The position numbers and the translations under genes are program-made. DNA of 51,247 nt, taken from positions 1 to 51,247 of the IMG/VR virus record IMGVR_UViG_3300005261_000065, one strand, 5' to 3'. Shown in pieces: positions 26,647-36,600 of this stretch. The first letter of the stretch is position 1, and the number at the start of each line of letters is the position of its first letter. The notes under the pieces are model-generated. The model ran no database searches. It was not told the origin of the DNA and worked only from the letters and a program-made list of their open reading frames with translations. This DNA is from a virus (taxonomy: Duplodnaviria; Caudoviricetes).

Positions 26647-27756
26647 ATGGCGTGTGATTGCGATCATTATATCAAATGCAAAGATCAGTACTTTGAACTA
26701 GATGCCCATAGTGATTCCGAGAGTTACAGCCACACGGTATCAGTTTCCACCACCACCAATGAACCCTTTGGTGTAACCAGTAGTACCACCCGGAGCTTTT
26801 CCTGTGACTATGGTTGGGATCGGGATATTTCGCCCGGTTACGCGGTGGCTGGTTGTGAATATTTGGTTGGCTGCGAAGGGGGTCCGGCAAGTGCGGTCCC
26901 ACACGCCGTGGTGTCTGAATCATGTCAAAGAGAGGTTAATATCCCATATTACATCGACCGACAGCGAGGCATTTACGTCTGGAAGCATCATGTGGAAACA
27001 CTGTCTTTTAATATTTCCTCTGGCGGCAAAACTGCTGCATTTCGCGAAAAGTGGGGCACGGGATATTTCCACAAGATCATTATTCCGACAAGTGTCGTTA
27101 CGCACGGGACCGAGCAATTTATCCTTCAGAATGGCGGAGAGAGGTCCGTGCTGGCCGAAGTGTCGTATACCTACAAACCATTCCCCGCGACTGGCGCAAC
27201 TGGAGCTTGGGGGTTGTATGGAGCAAAGCAGTTTCGGGACGTGCAGCCGGACACAGCCGATGTGGCTTGTATTTTGATTTTCCCCCTGGTTCCGAAGCAG
27301 GCAACCGCAATGGATAACGATGTCTGTTTCTATGGCTTCTATGACTACAACACCACGGAGGCGGGTATGATGGAGAGCGGTCTGCCACATGATGATGGTG
27401 GCAAGGATTATTTTTACCCATACTGGTGCCGCTGCATGCCTACCGACAGCATTTGGAGAGCTACTGCGGATCAACGCTACGAGGTTATTTACGACTCTGG
27501 TCGAACCAACCTGGCCGGATCATCAGCGTGGACTCCACCAACCCCTGATGTATATTCAATGCCGTTCGGGTCATTTGCCGTCGATTCAAAAGATGCCTTC
27601 ATTGCGTCATGTCTGTTGCAGTTCAGTGATCGGGCAAACAGCAAAGGGGTGGTTTACAACCGATCATCACTGGGCGATCTTTATGCGGCGATCTTCGACA
27701 AAAACAAGATTACTCGCAACGCATATACAGCCATATACCCAGTGACACCGATATGA
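26647..27756 (+). CDS. putative tail-associated protein
   Basis: 369 aa; MACDCDH start; Tyr/Cys-rich. Confidence 0.6.
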   Translation: MACDCDHYIKCKDQYFELDAHSDSESYSHTVSVSTTTNEPFGVTSSTTRSFSCDYGWDRDISPGYAVAGCEYLVGCEGGPASAVPHAVVSESCQREVNIPYYIDRQRGIYVWKHHVETLSFNISSGGKTAAFREKWGTGYFHKIIIPTSVVTHGTEQFILQNGGERSVLAEVSYTYKPFPATGATGAWGLYGAKQFRDVQPDTADVACILIFPLVPKQATAMDNDVCFYGFYDYNTTEAGMMESGLPHDDGGKDYFYPYWCRCMPTDSIWRATADQRYEVIYDSGRTNLAGSSAWTPPTPDVYSMPFGSFAVDSKDAFIASCLLQFSDRANSKGVVYNRSSLGDLYAAIFDKNKITRNAYTAIYPVTPI

Positions 27757-27953
27757 GTGATTGGGAGTCAATTACATGGTTTGATCGGGAGGATTTTGAG
27801 GCGGGACACGCACCACCAGCCAGCACGGACCTTCCGGGAACTGGCAGCAATCCATCAATAAATTACACGGCAAGTATCTATGTATATGCAGAAAATAACC
27901 TGCAAATAACTACCGAAGCGGGAGAATTCATGGAGGTTGATTGGCATGCCTAA
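27753..27953 (+). CDS. hypothetical protein
   Basis: Coupled; AENNLQITTEAG motif common before tail fibre genes. Confidence 0.55.
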   Translation: MSDWESITWFDREDFEAGHAPPASTDLPGTGSNPSINYTASIYVYAENNLQITTEAGEFMEVDWHA

Positions 27954-28689
27954 AATATCGGATATAGCCGCGACGAATACGATAACCTCACTAGACACGG
28001 CAACCGCGTATCTGCTCGGTAATCAGGGCGGTGTTACATCATGCTTCCCCGTGGCGTTGTTGATGCCCTCTATGACGCATTGGTTCACAGGATCAGGGCC
28101 ACCGGGAGGTTTATCTGGCAACGCAGGAGACTATTATTTTGACTATGCGGAAAACACCGTTTACTGGATGACAAACGGTTCGTGGACCGTATTGAGCAAC
28201 GTCAATGGTAACATCTGGTATTCCGGTACACTACCTCCCGTTTTCGATACCGGTAGTGTAGACGATTTTTATCTTGATTATCATCTGGGAGATATTTACC
28301 AAAAAACAGTAAGTGGTTGGGGGTCTCCATTGATGCGGATCAAAGGGGTATCACCAAAAGAGTTTGTGTATAGTTATGGTGGCCCTTTGAGTGTTAATAC
28401 CGGGAAATTACGGAAATATATCAGCACTGCTCATACTATTGTTAAAGTTGTCGTCAGACTGGCAACGGCGGCAACTGGCTCGTCAATCAAATTCGACTTA
28501 TTGAAAAACGGCGTCGCACATACTGTTTTTGCATCGGATCAGGAAATTCCGATCAATACAACAGGTGTCGATTTTACATCATTCCTTGACGCTGAGTTGT
28601 TTGTAGATGACACACTGACTATTAATATAACCCAAGTGGGTTCAACTATTCCCGGAAGCGATTTAACTATTACAATTATCATGGAGTAA
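27946..28689 (+). CDS. tail fibre-related protein
   Basis: Two W.GSGPP...G..GDYY.D...Y.K...W repeats; C-terminal ITQVGSTIPGSDL domain. Confidence 0.75.
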   Translation: MPKISDIAATNTITSLDTATAYLLGNQGGVTSCFPVALLMPSMTHWFTGSGPPGGLSGNAGDYYFDYAENTVYWMTNGSWTVLSNVNGNIWYSGTLPPVFDTGSVDDFYLDYHLGDIYQKTVSGWGSPLMRIKGVSPKEFVYSYGGPLSVNTGKLRKYISTAHTIVKVVVRLATAATGSSIKFDLLKNGVAHTVFASDQEIPINTTGVDFTSFLDAELFVDDTLTINITQVGSTIPGSDLTITIIME

Positions 28690-28691
28690 TT

Positions 28692-29891
28692 ATGTATTGC
28701 ACCTACACATATGCATCAGGAGTTTCAGTGGCGACACTGCTAAGTGATTTGACAAAACTATGTACCGGGACCGTCGATATTACACAATTGGCGGGACTCG
28801 TAACCTACCCGAGCTATTCTAACATCACTTGGACCAATTCATCACCAGTAGGGACCGGATTCAGTGCTTTAGGGACGAACACCTTGATTGGTCAATATGT
28901 TCATTACAACGGCAATCAGATTGGAATTGTGGTCTCCAATACAGATACCACGGTAACGCTAGACGTTAATTATGGTGGAACGACCGGAACTGGAACCACG
29001 TATATCACGTCGGTATTTGGAATTTGGACTGCTTGGCAGACGGCTGGATGGGTAACACATGACGCCAGCGCTGGCACCAATATGCGGGTGTTGCGACAAC
29101 CTTGGGATAGTTCACTAGGTTCAGGCAATGTCTACATGGGGATTGATACATCTCAATCAGGATATGTCCGATTGCGCTGTTGGGAAAGCTGGAACGCCGT
29201 TACCCACACCGGAACCAATGAATGCTACGGCGGCACAGCCGCAAACACCTACTGGGTTCGGGTTGCCACAGCCGCCTCCGGCACGTTGTATATCTCGTCG
29301 TCTCCATGGCACTGTTGTATTCATGGATATCAATCGGGAACATGGGGATCAAGTGGTACCTTGTCTCCGATGGGAATATTTCAACGGACACGACGCGCCC
29401 CCTGGGATACTCCGGGTAACGCGTATCCTCCAGTTGTTCAGTGTGTTGGGATGAATAGCTCATACACGGGTGTCACGCCGGGGAGCGGAACACCAATGCA
29501 CTCACTAGGATATGCGCCACGCTATTGCAGCACAAACGCCACCGACGTGACCGGATCATCAGCGGTAATGTTTCTGTCCAGTCCTTTTGGTTGCTCTACC
29601 GGGACCGGGTACTCTGGCAGTGTTCCATCAAACGGGTCTTGGCCCGCTGGTGGTGTGTCAACGCTGGTGCCCAATGCCAGTAAAGGTTTGCAGCACCTGT
29701 TCGTGCCTATGTGGATGGTCGGTAACGGGGCGTTTTTGGGTGGCGATTTATCAGCGTTTTCAGATATGTGGTCAATCACCTATAACTGGGGATCTCCCCT
29801 TGATACCGTGGTACAGGCGGGTAAAACATATGTGGTGTGGCCTGCTGGTTATAGCAATGTTGCTTGGCGATATGCGGTAAGAAGAGGCTGA
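28692..29891 (+). CDS. putative tail fibre/receptor-binding protein
   Basis: 399 aa Gly/Thr/Ser/Trp-rich; lower GC. Confidence 0.65.
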   Translation: MYCTYTYASGVSVATLLSDLTKLCTGTVDITQLAGLVTYPSYSNITWTNSSPVGTGFSALGTNTLIGQYVHYNGNQIGIVVSNTDTTVTLDVNYGGTTGTGTTYITSVFGIWTAWQTAGWVTHDASAGTNMRVLRQPWDSSLGSGNVYMGIDTSQSGYVRLRCWESWNAVTHTGTNECYGGTAANTYWVRVATAASGTLYISSSPWHCCIHGYQSGTWGSSGTLSPMGIFQRTRRAPWDTPGNAYPPVVQCVGMNSSYTGVTPGSGTPMHSLGYAPRYCSTNATDVTGSSAVMFLSSPFGCSTGTGYSGSVPSNGSWPAGGVSTLVPNASKGLQHLFVPMWMVGNGAFLGGDLSAFSDMWSITYNWGSPLDTVVQAGKTYVVWPAGYSNVAWRYAVRRG

Positions 29892-29893
29892 TA

Positions 29894-30094
29894 ATGGCGA
29901 TTTGGAACGAAGGGGCTTTTATAGCAATAAGTGATGCCACGGGACAGGTGTTGGTCGAAGATTTTGTGCCATATACATTTAATACCTCCGATAATGCGCC
30001 CACACCAAGTCAAGTACTGCTTGGAGTGGTGTATGGCTGGGGTCTTAAAAATGTTGGTACAGCCACGGGCGGGGGTGGTGAAAGCTGGAGCTGA
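29894..30094 (+). CDS. hypothetical protein
   Basis: RBS; ends GGGGESWS. Confidence 0.5.
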   Translation: MAIWNEGAFIAISDATGQVLVEDFVPYTFNTSDNAPTPSQVLLGVVYGWGLKNVGTATGGGGESWS

Positions 30095-30126
30095 TAATAC
30101 ACTATACCCCGGCAACCTTACGCGGA

Positions 30127-30318
30127 GTGAGCGTGCCATGTTGGAGTGTATGGATATACAATATTAAACCATCACTTACGGCTTTGCGTGAAATCAAGCG
30201 CCGACTTAATTCAGGGGAAGTTAAAGGTTTGGTTCTGGTAGAAAACAAATCCCCGGCCATGAAGCGTCTGGGGTGGGAGAAACTGGATGAAGGTTTATAT
30301 TGCCGCTATTTTGAGTAG
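30127..30318 (+). CDS. hypothetical protein
   Basis: Fills operon gap; start uncertain. Confidence 0.4.
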   Translation: MSVPCWSVWIYNIKPSLTALREIKRRLNSGEVKGLVLVENKSPAMKRLGWEKLDEGLYCRYFE

Positions 30319-30553
30319 CTACATCGTCACGCTGGTGATTGCCGGCGGATCGATCATGCAGCCGTTCCGGAGATGGATCATGATCAGATCACCCTGGCTC
30401 CAGATCGGCGACAACCCGCACCCGATTGTGTGTAGGTTGTGCCTGGGTTGTTGGGTCAGCCTGGTGGTGGTTCTGGCATTCGGTCTGGGCCTGGCGGCCT
30501 GGCTGCCGGTCTACGGCGCTTCGTATTTTCTGGCAACACAAGAGAGGGGTTGA
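30287..30553 (+). CDS. DUF1360-like membrane protein
   Basis: IMQPFRRW...IVCRLCLGCWVSL; start may be TTG 30311. Confidence 0.6.
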   Translation: MKVYIAAILSSYIVTLVIAGGSIMQPFRRWIMIRSPWLQIGDNPHPIVCRLCLGCWVSLVVVLAFGLGLAAWLPVYGASYFLATQERG

Positions 30554-30556
30554 ATC

Positions 30557-31555
30557 ATGGCGGATATATCGGAAATCTACGGCAGCAACGTTTCGTACTT
30601 CAACGACGTCAAGGAGCGGGCGTTCTCGGCGCTGGAACGCCTGGAATCGGCGGCGCTCAGCGCGGCGTTCTCAAAGGTTACGTACTCGGATATCACGGTA
30701 TATGATCCCGGGCAGCTGGATAAGCTGGACATATCCAGCCTACCCTCGGTGCAGGATGTCATGGGTACGATCCAGAGCATCCGTCCGGATCAGTTCCCGA
30801 CGGCGCCCTCCAGCGACGAATTGAGCCGCTACAAGAAACATGTCTGGGAGGGCGCGCAGCTGGACAGCATCCAGACTATGCTGATGAGCTATGTGGCATC
30901 AATGGGCATGCCGGACCGGGCGTTCCAGGATGCGATTTTCGAAGCCGACCGGGAGCGAAAGCAGAAGACGCTCCAGGATGCGCTCGATCTGGTGGCGGCT
31001 CAGACGTCCGGCCGAGGCTTCAAATACGCCAACGGCCAGACCAATGCCGCCATGCTCGACCTGATGGAAAAGCACCAGTTCGATCAGGAGAACCAAAGCC
31101 GCGAGATAACCCGCCAGATGACCGAGTGGGCGCGTCAGAATCTGCAGTTTGCGGTGCAACAGGGTATCGCGGTGGAGCAGGCCCACATGGATTTCGCCTA
31201 CAAGTACAGCTCGATCTTCCGCGAGATCTATACCACCCTGCTGACGTCGATCCTGGAGAAGTATCGCACCGAGGTCCAGATGGAAATGAGCAAGCTGGAG
31301 GCGATCACCAGGGCGGCCCTGATGCGGACGGATGTGATGAAGGCCAATGCGGATATCGCCAGCACCGAGGGCAGGCTGAAGATGGAAAAGAATAATTTGG
31401 AGATGCAGCAGTCCCTGGGGAAATTCAATGGCTATCTTGAAGATGCGAAGAACCGTGCGGGCCATTCGATCAATGCGGCGGCGGCACAGGCCAAGGCCGC
31501 CGGTGATATGGTCCAGGCGGTCTCCAATAGCGTTATCGGGGTTATTAAGCCATAG
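30557..31555 (+). CDS. alpha-helical internal virion/ejection protein
   Basis: AIFEADRER...SGRGF; Gln/Ala-rich coiled coil. Confidence 0.65.
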   Translation: MADISEIYGSNVSYFNDVKERAFSALERLESAALSAAFSKVTYSDITVYDPGQLDKLDISSLPSVQDVMGTIQSIRPDQFPTAPSSDELSRYKKHVWEGAQLDSIQTMLMSYVASMGMPDRAFQDAIFEADRERKQKTLQDALDLVAAQTSGRGFKYANGQTNAAMLDLMEKHQFDQENQSREITRQMTEWARQNLQFAVQQGIAVEQAHMDFAYKYSSIFREIYTTLLTSILEKYRTEVQMEMSKLEAITRAALMRTDVMKANADIASTEGRLKMEKNNLEMQQSLGKFNGYLEDAKNRAGHSINAAAAQAKAAGDMVQAVSNSVIGVIKP

Positions 31556-31574
31556 CGTTATCGGGTTGATTAAG
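31527..31574 (+). repeat. 23 bp tandem duplication across a stop codon
   Basis: ATAGCGTTATCGGGGTTATTAAG (31527-49) / ATAGCGTTATCGGGTTGATTAAG (31552-74). Confidence 0.85.
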
Positions 31575-31595
31575 AACTGATTCACGGGTATAGTA

Positions 31596-31615
31596 TCCGC
31601 CATAATTATTGCGGA
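31596..31615. promoter_or_regulatory. Palindromic operator-like motif before the ejection module
   Basis: TCCGCCATAATTATTGCGGA. Confidence 0.7.
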
Positions 31616-31633
31616 CAATCGAGGGGGTGTAAA

Positions 31634-33643
31634 ATGGCTGCCAGAGGGATCGCGGGGATAGCTCAAATTGATGGCCTGGCCGATGGAGGCCTGGTTCACC
31701 GTATCGCCAAGTTCGCCGACCGGGTTGATAATTTCCTGGGCATCGCCGGTAGCCCCTCGGCCCGTACCGCACCGGCCCCCGCGCCGCGTCCGCAACCACA
31801 GCAGACGGCTACCGCCCAGCAGCAGGCCGTGACGGATGTGAAGTCGCGGCGGAACCAAGAGGCGGAGATCATGAAGGGACTGGCCAATGGTGGCGGGATT
31901 ACCGATGGCCTGATCCCCGGCAAGGTTGACCCCGCGGTGGCCGATGATGTCACCATCAACGCCAAGAAGGGGGAGTATGTTCTTTCCGTTGAGGATGTGA
32001 AGTTGCTGGGGGGTCCGGAGGCGGTGGAAGCGATGGTGAAACGCATGCGGGCACAGGCAGGGTTGCCGACGCACACCGGCCCGAAGCGCCACGATCAGCC
32101 GGATAGCCTGGGACGGATGGACAAGCCGAAGCTGCGCGGGATTGCGGATGTGCCGGGGCTGGCGGGGGGTGGTCTACTGAAAACATGGAATGATTCCAAC
32201 GACGCCAGCAATCGCGAACTGGAACGGAATTTCCCTGGTACGGCGACCGCTCCAGTGCAGTCAAAAGAACAAAGCCTGGCAGATGCAGGCGTAGCCATAG
32301 CAAAACCGCGCGGGATTAGCACGATAGCGGGTGATGCTTCCACGCCGTTTGTACCTGCCTTTCAGGGTACACCCACCCCTGCCACACCTTCCCCTACACC
32401 AAACGTCTGGCAGCAGATCTACAGCGCCCAGCCAAAGCCGAAACCCGTACTTAACGTTGACGCTGCCACACAAAAGCCAATTGCCGGCCAAGTTGCCTCG
32501 CCCACACCTTCTCCCGTACCAACCAGTAAACCTGCAGGTATCGCGAGTGGGGCCTCAATCCAACTGGACAGCAATAAGGGTCTTGGCGATACCACAGCCA
32601 TCTCGAACCGGGTCGATTGGTCACCTGGCAGCACCAACGATAATGCAACTCGTATAGCAGCGGGACTAGCCCCACTACAACCCATAGCAAGCACAAGGAC
32701 TGCTTCAAGGTCAACCCCTGTTATCGCAAATAAGCCGGCAGGGATTTCATCCGTTGATAGCCTACTTCTCTCCAACCCTGACAAAATGCGTGCATGGTCC
32801 CGAGATATTGGCGCCAGCAGAGAACCAGCGGCAACCAGGCAAGGCATTGCCGATATGTCTGCACCGCGGGACCAAACGTCAGCCGATCTTCTTGCCATGC
32901 GCGACAATTATCAACTGAAGCGCAGGAATACCGCGGAGGGCCGGATACAGGCCAATGATGAATTGATCAACCTCAGACAGCAGATAGCATCTGATCCGTC
33001 GGTCATTGGCAACCAATACAATGGCGCCGAACAGGTAGCCGCAGCTCGTAATGCGATCGACACCTTGAACGACCAAAACAAACAGCTTAGGACTGGAATT
33101 GCTGGTGATCAGGCACTGCAGGCGCACAAACTGGCGGCCGATGCCGGTATCGCCGGGCACCGGATCGCCGCCGATGCGACGATCAAGGCCGCGGGGCTTA
33201 CAGCCGAGGGCAGGGAACTGGCGGCGCTTAACGCACACCAGAATGATGCCATGAAAACGCAAATTGCCCTCAATAAAGACCAGCGCAAACAGATCACCGA
33301 TGCCCTATCCAGCATGGGCGCGGATCAGTCCGAAGACAATGTCCGGTTGTACACGAAGCATATGACCGATTCGTCGAACTGGAATACCCGGGCGAACAAT
33401 CTTTTTTCCAGTATGGACCCGGCTATCGGCCCGAAATATGCCGACGCATTTCACCGCTATATCTCCGCCGACCCGAAGAGCCAGGCGGATCTCGCCAAGA
33501 ATGATCAGACGATTATACAGCTACTGTCGTACATCCAGCAGAGAGACCCATCGATCCTCAAAAAACCGGTCATGCCTACAAACTTGAGGCCGGCAAAGAA
33601 TATCGGTTTTGCCGGGATGAACAACGATCAGCCGCAGTCCTGA
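31634..33643 (+). CDS. internal virion/DNA ejection protein
   Basis: GLADGG/GLANGG/GLAGGG and DDVTINAKKGEYV motifs; low complexity. Confidence 0.65.
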   Translation: MAARGIAGIAQIDGLADGGLVHRIAKFADRVDNFLGIAGSPSARTAPAPAPRPQPQQTATAQQQAVTDVKSRRNQEAEIMKGLANGGGITDGLIPGKVDPAVADDVTINAKKGEYVLSVEDVKLLGGPEAVEAMVKRMRAQAGLPTHTGPKRHDQPDSLGRMDKPKLRGIADVPGLAGGGLLKTWNDSNDASNRELERNFPGTATAPVQSKEQSLADAGVAIAKPRGISTIAGDASTPFVPAFQGTPTPATPSPTPNVWQQIYSAQPKPKPVLNVDAATQKPIAGQVASPTPSPVPTSKPAGIASGASIQLDSNKGLGDTTAISNRVDWSPGSTNDNATRIAAGLAPLQPIASTRTASRSTPVIANKPAGISSVDSLLLSNPDKMRAWSRDIGASREPAATRQGIADMSAPRDQTSADLLAMRDNYQLKRRNTAEGRIQANDELINLRQQIASDPSVIGNQYNGAEQVAAARNAIDTLNDQNKQLRTGIAGDQALQAHKLAADAGIAGHRIAADATIKAAGLTAEGRELAALNAHQNDAMKTQIALNKDQRKQITDALSSMGADQSEDNVRLYTKHMTDSSNWNTRANNLFSSMDPAIGPKYADAFHRYISADPKSQADLAKNDQTIIQLLSYIQQRDPSILKKPVMPTNLRPAKNIGFAGMNNDQPQS

Positions 33644-33661
33644 TACGGAGAAAATTGAGCC

Positions 33662-36600
33662 ATGCACGACTCCAATACCTACACTCCACGGAATTTTCTC
33701 GAACCGCATCCGGCATCCGTTTCGCAACCGATGAACTACCAGGACAGGGACTTTACCACTTCACCAACTTCCCAGGTCGATGCAACTCCCCAGCCAGAGA
33801 AAAAAGGCATACTGAGCGACGTTATTCCCCACTTCGCCATCGGCGCCAACAAGTACGTCTCCCTGCCGATCGCCGGGATGATGCAGATCGCCGGGGATAT
33901 CACCGGTAGTAACGGGCTTTCCCAGGCCGGGGAAAACATGGCCGGGAATGCCGAGGCCTACATTGCCGAGAAGGAACGCGAATCGCCCACTCAACGGTTC
34001 CAGGATATTGCCAGCCCCGGAGATGCCGCCCGCTGGGCGGTCCAGCAGGGGACGGAGATGGCGCCGCAGATCGTGGCAGGAATGGTTGCGGGCGGTGCAG
34101 GCGCGGCGGCCGGTCGCGCGCTCGCTCCGGCGCTGACGCGAACCGGTATCGCTTCCGCCGAAACACTGGCGGGACTGGGCGGAAAAGAGGCCGCCGGTAT
34201 CGCCGGGGAATACGGCGCCGAGTTGGGAGCGCAGCACGCCCTCGCCCTGCGGGGAGCCCAGGCGGCACAGATCGCCAATCCACTGGCCATGGAGTCCTCC
34301 ACCGTCTACCAGGGGATGAAGGATGGAGAGAAAGATCCGTACCGGGCACTGACCTACGGTGCCCTGGCGGCCTTGCCGGATGTAGTGGTGCCAAGCTATA
34401 TCCTGGAGAAGACCGGCGCTTACAAGGCACTGCCCGGTATGCGCGGTTTGCTGGAAGAAACGCCGCTACTCGGTTCAGGGCAGAAACTAACCCTTGGCCA
34501 GCGTGCAAAGGATGTCGCCAAGACAATTGCAACCGCCACCTCCGGAGGTGCCGGCCAGGAGGCGCTGCAGACGACCCTCGAAAGAATCGGTTCGCGTGAA
34601 CAACTTCAATCCGATGAGGCCCGCAAAAACGGATTTTGGAAAACCGTTTACGACAAAGGCCTGAAGGCGGCGGTTCACCCCGATACCTGGGACGATATTA
34701 TTGAATCATCGGCGGCCGGCGGCCTGATGGGCGGCATGGAGGCGATCGGCGGCCATGGCCTGGGTCATCTGGCCGAAGCTCGACAGCAAAAAATCAGGGA
34801 ACGGGAGACGGGAACCGGGGACCAGGAAAATATTTCACCAGTCCCCGGTCCCCAGCCCCCGGCCCCCAACAATGTGCAGACTCCCGGCTCCTCCTCCGGT
34901 GAGACTGCCGCCACCCCGGCCGGACAGGAAGCGCCGCCTGTCCAGCCGGGTGTTCTTGATCAGGCACCAGGTGCCAGGGACCGGGGAGCGGTGTTGAACG
35001 AGGATATACCCGGCTTTGCGGCAGGGACACAGACCGTAGAGACGCCCGGTAACACGCTGCCGCCTTTCCAGGTCCCAGGCCCCCGGTCCCCGGTTGCTGA
35101 TGGTCCGCTGGCCCACTCGCTGGCGGCCGGAGGCATCGCCACATTGCCGGTGCTCGACCAGACTCCCGTGGCCCGCCCGGTCGCCAACCAGGCCCTGCAG
35201 CGCGGGATTGCGGGGAATCTTCCGGGACCGGTTGTCGACGCGGAATACTCAGAAGTATACCCGGCGCTGCCCGCCCCGCCCAGCGAGATGGTGAAGGCCC
35301 GGACCTGGGCGAATGACCAGATCGCGGCCGGAAAGACTTACCTGATGCAGAATCGCGGCGTCAGTGACGAGCAGCACGCCGTCCGGATACTGGAGGAATA
35401 CAGAAAGGCGGGGACCAGGGACCGGGGACTGGGGACCGGGGATCAGGGAATCAGGGACCGGGGACTAGGGACCGGGGAAGGAAATAAAATTGGCATTGCA
35501 GATATATTGCCCGGAATGCAGGGAGCAGGGGCGGGTCAGGTGGACCGGACGGGAGTGGGAGTGCCCCCGCTGCAAGGCGAAGTGGGGGGAAAAGGAAGTG
35601 ATCATCGACAATCCGGAGGGATAGAGGCGGGGACCGGGAACCGGGGACCAGGGACCGGGAAAAACGTCAATCCTGCCGTTCCCAAAGCCCCGAAAAACCG
35701 CCAGCTCGATACATCTACAGATTCTCTCATCGTTGCAATCGCCAAACTCGGCGGGATCAGCCGTGCCGACATAGACAGCCAGATGGGAGAAGGCGCACAC
35801 CTTGCCCGGACGCTCAATACCCTGGCCGGCAAGGAAGCCAAAACGTTCCTGCATGTGATCAGCACCAAGGGACAACCCCTGGACCGCATGCGTGAAAGTC
35901 TGGTTGAACACGGCTACCTGCCCGAAGATGCGGATATCAACACCCTGCTGAACCGGTTGAATGACTCGCAGCGCGGAACGGTCTACCGCTCCAGCCAGGC
36001 CGACCACAGTGCGGTTGCCGAAGATGCCTATAACGCGGAAGTACAACGTTTGTCGGAAGAATATGCCGAGCTGCCGCCGGAAGAGGTTGTCGCAGCCGTC
36101 GAGGCGGTGGTGTCAGAAGCCGAACACATCGCGGAAGAATCCACATCCCAGGAGGTTTTGAATGAAGCTCTCTCCTTCTTTGACCAGTTCATTGAAGAAA
36201 ACAGTAGCGAAGTTGCCACCGCAGAAACGCAAGCCGTTCCTGATGGAGATGTGCAAGATCTTCGTGCAAAAGTTGAAGAACCGGGGGCAAAACGGGGACC
36301 AGGGACCGGGGACCAGGGACCGGTAGAACCAGGGACCAGGGGCAATGAACAGGGAACGAGTAAGGTTTCCCTGGTCCCCGGTCCCCAGTCCCCGATCCCT
36401 GATAAGTCCCCAGTCCCCAGCCATGTGGTGAACGCCGTAGACACCCCCCGTGACGTTCCTCAATCGGTCAGCCTGGCGACGAAGCAGCAGACCAAAGATA
36501 CCTTGAACGAAAAGCTGAAGGCGGGCGAGATCGAGACTTCGAGCCCGATCCGGTTGACGACCGTGGAGGAACTCCACGATATTCTTGAGAGCGGCAAACT

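Noticed and set aside
24483-29891. Diversity-generating retroelement acting on tail genes
   Set aside because: No reverse transcriptase and no TR/VR pair seen
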